From: Klebsormidium nitens
Lineage: Eukaryota; Plantae; Klebsormidiophyceae
Length of the DNA: 35,925 nucleotides
Reading direction: 5' to 3'
Assembly: GCA_000708835.1 (NCBI GenBank)
Contig: DF237514.1
Location: 1-35,925, forward strand
Shown here: in pieces, positions 23,501 to 31,438 of the stretch
Numbering within the stretch: position 1 is the first letter of the stretch
Layout of the letters: each line of letters opens with the position of its first letter
Notes under the pieces: model-generated
The model's input: only the letters and a program-made list of their open reading frames with translations
Databases searched by the model: none
Told to the model about the DNA's origin: nothing
Program-made: the position numbers and the translations under genes

Positions 23501-24760
23501 GCAAACAACTTACACAAATTGAGAAATTGATGATTGTCGAAACCTTTGAGCCCAAGTTTGAGACCCGAGCGCGCGGGGCAAGGAGGAAGGACAGACAAAT
23601 ATTTCAAGCAGCGCCTCGACTGTTGAAACCTTTTAGCCACAGGTCTTATAAAAAGTCTAAAACCCCAATTTCGAACTCCAAAACCCTAAAACCCTTGCAA
23701 CGCGGCCGCGCAGGCGCCGCCATCTTCATCGAGATGAAGCACTTCAAGCCCAAGAAGAAAAAGACGAGCACCAAGGCGTGGTGCCTCCTCGAGATGGACG
23801 AGGTGAAACCGGGCCCCGCCGTGCTGGAGATGTGAGTGTGAACGCGCCCGGGGGGCGCATTTACACGCTGCAGAATGCGGCGCTGGCGTCAGTGCCACGT
23901 GCTGTCCGAGTCTGGCTGAAAGGACTCCGCCGTTTCTGGGAGGAATCAGTGCGCTATTGAGGGGGCATTTGAATCTGATGTCTCGTTTTGACAACGGCGA
24001 AACGTCTCTGAATCGGGCCCCCCGTGCCGGAGATGTCAACGGTGGCACCGCTCTAGTGGGGCGCATTCACACGTTGCGAACGGCATTCTGCTTTTTGACA
24101 CGTGTGGGTCCAGCACGCGGCGGAGATGGGCATCGGGGTGCTGAAACCTTGAACGGGGTGTACCTTTGACGAGCTTATTCACAATCGTTTGGGTTTGATT
24201 CGTTATGCGTGTTCGCGCGTCTTGAGCTACGATCTTGAAAGGTGCATACAGCTGTGATCATAAGTAGCGCAAGCGATGCCCTATTTCCGGGTTGGACTGG
24301 AAACCGCAAAAAGCCTCGAGTTTTGCGGTCTTGTGCGAAGACGCCCAACCCTTTCGACTTTAAAGCTGAATGTCAGTTGTCCGATTGGCTGCAAAGCTTT
24401 TGAAATTCGCACCCAGACGGTGCCAAAGGTGGCTTGGCTTCCGGTCTGGGAAACCTTCATTTCGTCGCGGTTCATTTTATGGGCTTGAGTGGGGGATGTG
24501 TTGGAGTCATGCTCGGGATGATCGGCCTTCTTCCCTCGGCGGTGTCTTTACCGGCCAGCTATCGGTTACAGCGAATAGCTTTGGTGCGCTGGACGTTAGT
24601 TGGGGACCGTAATCTGCCGATTTTTGAACCGCTTCTTAGACGTCTTCCGTTCCTTACGTGCAGATACAGCAAGCCGACGGACCTCAGCCGGAAGAAGCTC
24701 AAGTTGCTGAGCGTGAAACCCTTATACCTGCACGTCGACCTAGCGTTACGGACGCTTTAG
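20590..24760 (+). CDS. AIDA: AIDA (axin interactor, dorsalization-associated) homolog: N-terminal helical domain plus C-terminal AIDA-type C2 domain, 287 aa, 7 exons
   Basis: Exons 20590-20628, 20903-20970, 21692-21943, 22490-22656, 22940-23062, 23714-23831 and 24664-24760, GT-AG, 864 nt. Motifs DSDTWGQVEEA, ITIEKMGFKDATLFIDPFFTVS, QDTPV, GAAIFIEMKHFKPKKKKTSTKAWCLLEMDEVKPGPAVLEIYSKPTD and KPLYLH align with animal AIDA as recalled (WGQLVEA; IEKIGLKDA; GAAIFFEFKHYKPKK; KPLYLH). Confidence 0.94.
22234..22257. repeat. (TTC)8 microsatellite in AIDA intron 3
   Basis: Eight consecutive TTC units. Confidence 0.95.
23804..24130 (+). repeat. Four-unit degenerate array (about 100-bp period) of the AIDA exon-6 end plus donor
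   Basis: The authentic unit is tgaaaccgggccccgccgtgctggagat|gtgagt...gggcgcatttacacgctgc (23804-23870). Copies lie at about 23917, at 24009 (tgaatcgggccccccgtgccggagatgtcaac...gggcgcattcacacgttgc) and at about 24105. Confidence 0.8.
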
Positions 24761-25528
24761 CACCTATTCCTATAATCCTGTCAGTCGTGTTGAAACAAGC
24801 ATGCGCCGGTTCCCACCCCAATGTTAAGCCCGCCCGCAGTACTATTGCAATAATGCCCCGATCACAGCGCGCGCAGGCAATCATTGCAAGTTAGTTCTAG
24901 ACGGTATAACTGCCCCGTCCCAGCTCGCTGAGAAGTCGTAAGGCCATCGTGCGCCCGAGCTCGTTCAGAAGTTTGAAGCGGCAAAGGCGCACCAATTTGT
25001 GAAAGGATGAAAGGATGCTGACGGATTGACACCAACTTGTGCTTTCATCCCGGAACTCAAAGTTTGGCTGACACGTGTCGCGTTGAGGTCCTCAGAAGGA
25101 CCGGATTTTAGGCTGATATCAAGTGGTTCGCACAAGATTCTAGAGGAGAAGAGCGGCGGCAACCACATACCAGGTGCAAACGTGACGGCTTCTTTGCATC
25201 TGTCGGTCGCTGAACGGTACGTGCATTCGACCGATCTGCCTAAACTTAGAGAGGTCACTGTAATGGTAAAAAAACGCCATATACCATAGAGGCGCGGCGG
25301 ATTGCGGCCTGGCAATGAAAGCATATAAGCCGCGGCTGCTTTGTTTGTCGGATCTACGAGAACAGGCGCCCCGGCCCTCAGCACGATGCTCCTAATTTGA
25401 TAAGCCTTTGGTACATATCATGCAGTATCATTATAGGACTAGCTTTCCCCTGATCAGATAATTTCTGCATATGATTATAATGCTATGTCACCGTATACAA
25501 TATGCTCATGCAAGCATGCGCTTGATAG

Positions 25529-25562
25529 TGACATCCATTCACGCTAGCGTGAATGGATGTCA
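25529..25562. repeat. Perfect 34-bp spacerless palindrome between the convergent AIDA and DUF6737-like 3' ends
   Basis: tgacatccattcacgctagcgtgaatggatgtca equals its own reverse complement. Confidence 0.95.
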
Positions 25563-26256
25563 TGGGCGTCATGAGTACCCGTATATCATGCACACACGGT
25601 TGCCCCAGCTCAGACCATGTATAGTTATCAAACATGCACCATTGTTGGCCCGCGGTCGTCCGGTTCGACTGCCATGCACGTGCTTATCGCCGCGCGCCGT
25701 GAGACGAGCAGTGGCTTCAATCTAGACCACGGCGGAATCAAGCTTCTATAAGTCGGCCCCCTGGGCCGGCCGCCGCCATGCTATTAAGCATCCGACAAGC
25801 ATCATGTTGCACAACATCGGATTGAGCTAGCAGAAGCCGCTGGAAATGATGCTCGCGATCTACTGACCAGACACTTTTAGCTGGACAGTCATGGAGCGCT
25901 ATCACGATGGAGTCGAGTCCCCGATCTGTCAAGCACGCAGGATTGAGCTGATGATGAATGAGTGCTTTCTAAACGATAAGCATCCGTTTACTTTCGTGAC
26001 TCCCTGCCGTCCAACTCGAACTCGGAAATGTTCCGTCCGGTTCCCACTTGAGCGCACGGACTTCAATCATGTACAATCGTAGGGGACAGCCGCTTCGCAG
26101 CTCTCCCTTCAACCTTTTACGGCTGCCCTCTTCGGGGCAAACCTCTACACGCCCGTGTTTCAACTTACAGCAAATTATAAGCTTTGTAATTTGGGGGGTG
26201 GGTAAAAAAAAGAAATTAAGACTTCATGGAGTCTAGAGTTGCTTCGCATTTTCCAA

Positions 26257-29200
26257 TCACGTTTGGTCCCGCCCTAGCGGCCGCCCATTCTCGGCAGCTA
26301 GCCGTTCCTGGTACTCCCGCCGCTGCGCGATCATATCCTTGTACGACTGCAGGTAATCGTCAGAAATGCGTCAGCGCTTCTTGTACGGTAAGCGATGACA
26401 GAAAGTCGGCTTCACCGTTTGAGGTTCGAGCAGCGGGAAGACGCAAAAGGGGGACTGCTCAGATGCTTCTATTTCTCGATCAGAAAAGCAACGGACACAC
26501 ACCGTATTCTCAAACCCTCCTTGACTGGATCACAAGCTACAAAAAGCCGTTTGCTAGGCAAACCCTATTTCTTTCCCGCATTGCTCCGGAGAAAGACGAC
26601 TAGATACGAAAAGCGCATTGGTCAGTTTGCTGGCGGTGATATTTAGCTGCCGTCAGAAGCACGCCATGAAATTTTGACGGCAACGGTGAGATAGCGACGA
26701 CGAAAGATTCCAAACAACGCATGGGATCTGCAAAACGTCCTGTTTGTGCCAGAAACGATCAAAGAGCTAAGATGGGCATGCGCCATCAAAAAAGGCCAAA
26801 AACGCATTCTAAAGAAACCGGATCTGGCAGACAACTCCTAGTCTGTAAACTTTCAAAGGTTTAAATCCTTTGGCACCCAGAGATACCAAGAAACGTACGC
26901 TTTCTTGCGAGGCGAAAGTCGAAGCGTTTGCGACCCCTAAGTATACTTTGTGGAGCTCGGTCGGACCAGAGCTCTGACGTATCTGAACGCTCTGGCTTTC
27001 TCATACCGGCTTCGAGATGCGTCGTGAGATCTGTGCGACAAATTGACAAATAAATGCTTGACCTCGGAACAAGCACGTGAAAATCCTTTAAACACAGGAA
27101 AGCAGGCTGGTTCAACCACTTCAGTAGCTTCATTTCTACCCTCGCACCCTCCCGGAGATGCACCCAAGACCCTTGTAAACGGTTCATTCTCCGAAAATCA
27201 GCGGTTCAGGACGTTAAAGGCGCATCACCGATCAGGTTTCGCAAAACAGCTGGTGAGAAACGTCTCACCCCGGGAAACGCGAGCAGAAATACAAAGCACC
27301 TCTGGCGGAATAGCGGGTGAGAAACGTCTTACCTGAGGATAGGCGATCAGAAACTTCAACCACCATTCCATTTTTCGCAGAACCGTGAGTTTGTAAGTCT
27401 TGCCTCCAAACGCGAGCAGAACCACAAACCAATCTCAACTTTTGCAAAACCGCTGGCAAGGACGTCTTACCTGGGGTTGAGCGAGGAGACATACGCACCG
27501 CCGTCCATGTTTTGCTAAACTGCCAGGAGACACCTGGTGTGAAACGGAACACAAAACCACCATTCAATGTCTGCCGAATTGCCGGTGGCCTTACCTGGGG
27601 ATACGCGAGTAGAAACACGAACCACCAGAGGCCCACGAGGCCCGTCACGACTCCCGTCAGCACCGGGACATGCAACAGCTGCCACGACCCCGTAATCCCG
27701 ACTGTGCCCGTCAGAAGGATCGTCCACGGTTGACACCTGCGCAGGGGTCGAAGCAGCAACTGAGATTTGAGCAGTTGACGGCTGCTTAATCGTTTCTTTG
27801 CGTTTGTTCTTTTGTTCTCCCTCCCCTCTTGTTTTCGCCCCCCTTCTACCTCTTCAAAAAGCTTCCAAAGTATCCAAAGAAGGCCGCAGCGGCAGGGGGC
27901 CGGGGAAGAAAAAGACGATCTCGCTGAAGAAGCGGTAACGTGCGTGGGTCTTCATGAGAAGGTCTGAAAAGGTCGTAGCTCCTTCTCTCTTCTGAAGATT
28001 GTAGAGCAGATGTTGTGTCAGTGTTGACACAACGCCCGGCAGAAGAATCGTCCACCCTGAATATCTGGCCGGGAAATTGTGAACTCCAGAACACCTGGGG
28101 GGCAAGGGCGTTGTCAGGTTTTCACGGCGTTTGCATGCGGACCGCCCCCCCTTTCGAGCATGTTTTTTCTAGTGCAGCAGCTGTCATGCTCCCGTCAACG
28201 TTTGGAGAGCGCAGAACGAGACCAATGTCCATTTGACAACCCAATTGGCCAGAAGGGGCCATGAAGCAGAGAGAATGAGACTCTGATCGACTGCCCATTC
28301 ACCTAAATGTTGCAGATGAGTATGATTTGACTGCACTCAACCCGTCCTTGCAGGAAAGAAGAGCCTCGTCTTTAGTGCTCAATCCTGCGGCTAGCCTGCA
28401 AAATCTGCTGCGATTCTATACGGAGTCTTGGTTGTTTGGCTACATCTTGATTTGACTTTGAAGATTTGAATCCGAGCCGCTTAAGCATGGAGGGTCAGTC
28501 GAACAGCACAAAGGGGAATTTTACGTAGACCCCGATCGGTCTCCTCTATCCAGGGTCTTCTAGCCTGACTAGCAGTCCATGTCAAGACAAGGTTTATTCG
28601 TTCGGAAAGGCCCTCGAAACCGTGAATGAAGTCAATCCACAGAGCGTTTGTTTGACCAGGCGACTGCAACAAGCAAAGTCCCAGCAATGCAAACGCTGCC
28701 GGCCTTCAAAATCAAGCGTCCCTTACCCCAAATCAAGAAGTTGAGGTCAAACCCCACCCTCACCCTCGGAAGTTCTTGCTTGCCAGAGCCCGATCAGCCA
28801 AAGAAACAAGTTTCTACCCAGGACTTTGCCAAAAACCGAACATCGGCAGACACTCTGAAGACTACACTTGCACGAAGCGGAAGCTGAGAGCATTCCTCTG
28901 GCATGTCATGTCCTGCTATTTGCAAGGGCCTCTATCAGAAACACGTGTCTGAGCACCACTTTGGGTATTGTTGATGAATGACTTGGCGCACTTGTCGCCG
29001 TTGCTTTCAACCCCAACCACTCACAAAACCGCGTCGCAAGCAAGTGAGCGGCCCCAGAGCACAAACTTACACCAACTCGGCACTCCGCCATCATGATCTC
29101 CTTGCATCCGAGGACTTTCTGGAGCATCAGAGCCGAATGCCAAGCCCGGCGTACGATTTCATTGCCTTGCTCCACAAATTCTACAATGTGCATTCTGCCG

Positions 29201-29945
29201 GCTTGAGAATCAAACCACGAGAGTCTGTTTTCATCTTATGAGGTGGTGTGAAAGAAATGATTGAGTGGCAAAGAATGGTCGCCGAAGCCCAGGACACCAC
29301 AGAATGTGATACAAGGACGACCGGAGTGCAATCTCACCACGCAGGTTTTGTATCCCACACACTCTCGTACTCGAGATCAAGGCTTTCGTAAAATGCATCG
29401 AGCTCCTCGGACAGAGTGCGCTCCTCGTCCGCTGGCCCGTCCGGTTTCGTCGCTTGCGTCCGGATCCGCCGTCGGCCCCTTCCCAACCAACCCCAGCTTG
29501 CTGTAACAATGTCTGACTTCCGGCTAATCTTCAAGGGCAACCGCGGCGAATGCCGATTGCGTTTGGCATTTGACTCCGGAGCTGCTTCTAAAGAAGAAGC
29601 AACTGTCGCATAATACCGAGCTAGGTAAGGGCCGTGGCTTGAAGCAATGGAAAAAGCGTGCAGCTTGCTACTTGATTGAAATGGTGGTGAATAACGAGTG
29701 GCATCTAAAAGAGAGCAAAAGTGGCCCCTGGCTGAGCAGCAGGCCGTTGCGCAGTTACTGGGGGTTGAAAGAATAGACTTCTGGTCAGAAACACCACAGA
29801 GCATGCCAGGGGTGCTGCACGACGTCGGAATCGGAACAAATGTGCAGCGGACGGCCTCCATCTGCTCAACGTTGCAGTACCTAGTGGCTGGTAGTTGCAC
29901 TAAGCTTACGTAGTCTAGCAGTGGCACAGCGCGCTCAGGCTGCAT
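26257..29945 (-). CDS. DUF6737-like small membrane protein (cyanobacterial/plastid-type family, named from memory) with a probable transit peptide, 3 exons
   Basis: Exons 29945 (or the alternative ATG at 29861)-29338, 27736-27595 and 26346-26257, GT-AG, phases 2/0. Conserved core SVWDTKPAW|CQPWTILLTGTVGITGSWQLLHVPVLTGVVTGLVGLWWFVFLLAYPQ|SYKDMIAQRR, matching the recalled KPxWCQPWxIxLTG motif plus two hydrophobic segments. The N-terminus is Ser/Arg/Ala-rich. Confidence 0.85.
27252..27630 (-). repeat. Six-unit degenerate tandem array (61-71-bp period) of the DUF6737-like exon-2 end plus donor: one authentic unit and five intronic copies
   Basis: Donor dinucleotides at 27593 (authentic), 27532, 27469, 27402 (GC), 27331 and 27267. 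The copies still read CVCLLAQPQ|GTAAGA, WFVVLLAFG, WWLKFLIAYPQ|GTAAGA and CFVFLLAFPG|GTGAGA, versus authentic WWFVFLLAYPQ|GTAAGG. Confidence 0.88.
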
Positions 29946-30050
29946 GGTTGCCTCCTGAGGCTGAAGTCGAACTTGGAGAAAGAAAGCTCGCTGTCGCGCG
30001 GGAGATCTCCGAGAAAGAGGACGATGCTCTGGTTCGGAGCCCAAATTGGT

Positions 30051-30372
30051 GGGTACCGTGCAATTGTGCCCAGCAGGTACACAGGTAGGTACGTACCTAG
30101 TCAGGACCGAAGACTCGAAATCAGGTACCTGGAGGTAGGTACCTACTAGGTAGGTAATCCACGATAGGCACCGGGGTCCAAGTATGTACCTAACCTGTTT
30201 TGCCTAGTTCATGGCACTGGGCAGGTACCGTACCGTACTAGGTAGGTACGGTTGACTCTACCGTAGGGCCTACAGGCTACGTCACCTTCCGCCCACGTCA
30301 TGCGTGGACAATCGCCAAACCCGTAAAGGGTACAAACCTAAACAGGTAAATAGGTAGTACATACCTGGTACG
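30051..30372. repeat. Dense GTAC/TAGGTA/TACCTA/TACCGTA cluster in the divergent intergenic region between the DUF6737-like and MYB genes
   Basis: 14 GTAC tetramers and 4 GGTAGGT heptamers counted by hand in about 320 bp. Chains include taggtacgtaccta (30086-30099), taggtacctactaggtaggta (30136-30156) and taccgtaccgtactaggtaggta (30226-30248). Confidence 0.9.
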
Positions 30373-31375
30373 TTGCTGGTTGGCCGCAAACTTCAAACTA
30401 ATATAGCGATTAAAATCTAATATCAAATTCATAGAACAGAAACCAAGAGGGATCTCCGGGTTAATCAACACAAGTTGGCTTGCTCGGAGCTCCAGAGTCC
30501 ACACCCAATTTCCAAACCCACTCTAACCCCCATGAGTCATGACTAGCCCCACGAGTACTGTATAAGACCCTGATACAATTCATATGTGATCTGTCAGACT
30601 GTCACCCACATTACAGAGGTACGTACCTGTTTCCGCTTGACGTTAGATTTTCTACGAACCGGGCGGGCGCCGACAAGGATTGCGTCCGCAACTGCGAACC
30701 TTTGTTTGGTTGGCATCGATCGACACGTGTAAACTCATCGCAAGATCCACGGTGCGAAATGCATCACTTGTCGCCCGTACAGCTTCTGTCGACTTCCTGG
30801 CCTGACAGTTGGCCGTCAGCGATTCGGAAAGCGGATCCCGGATCCGCGAAACTGCAATGTACACAGTAGAGATTGTACACAGAGTACAGAAAGGTACTCT
30901 AAAGTGCGTGGTTGACAACATGCTCATTGCAATTCGGGACAACTGTCCTCCTCGACGAGCAGCCACCTGGAAGGGCGCATTCTCCGTAGGCGGATGTGCC
31001 AGAACGCAACACCTAGCGCCGACAATGGTGGCCTGCTGCCACCTAAGCACTTGCAACTCAATGGAAGCTCGTCTCATCTGGCCCCGTCAGGGCAGGGCGG
31101 CCGGGACAGCCGACTGAAAAGCAGGGCTTCAGGTGCTTTCACCAAAAATATCTCCAGATAGTTTCACTTCGCCAGATAGTTTCCTCATTGCATTCTTACG
31201 AGGTAGGATAGGATTGGTAGGGGAGCAGGGGTACTTGGGTTCCAGGTATAGGTGGTGCATCTCATGCTCTGCGGGCGTTCCAGTCGCAGGGGTGCAGCGT
31301 ATGCCTGCCCGTAACCAGATGCGAACGCTCAGACAACCCTCTGATAAGCTCCGACGCTCTCCTTGATTGTTGCAG

Positions 31376-31438
31376 ATGAGAAACTGTCAGTCACCAGGAT
31401 CTAGCACACCTCTCAAGCTTGCCCGACTTTCCACGTAA
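31376..31438 (+). promoter_or_regulatory. Candidate uORF (MRNCQSPGSSTPLKLARLST*) whose TAA overlaps the MYB ATG (TAATG), directly after a probable 5'-UTR acceptor
   Basis: An acceptor ttgttgcag|ATG lies at 31375/31376. All three frames between it and 31438 are closed. The stop is at 31436-31438 and the main ATG at 31438-31440. Confidence 0.45.

Noticed and set aside
23679-23697. Two AAAACCCT units resembling telomeric repeat
   Set aside because: Only two copies, located in the branch-point region of AIDA intron 5, so not an interstitial telomere.
24965-25384. 139-aa minus-strand ORF between AIDA and the DUF6737-like gene (possible transposase relic)
   Set aside because: No DDE or other catalytic motif and no terminal repeats found.
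27252-27630. Regularly spaced repeat array that superficially resembles a CRISPR
   Set aside because: The locus is eukaryotic and intronic, the units are degenerate copies of the exon-donor junction without unique spacers, and there are no cas genes.
28648-29241. Two plus-strand ORFs (79 and 87 aa) antisense within DUF6737-like intron 1
   Set aside because: They are short, with no motif or supportable splice model, and are within chance expectation for GC-rich DNA.
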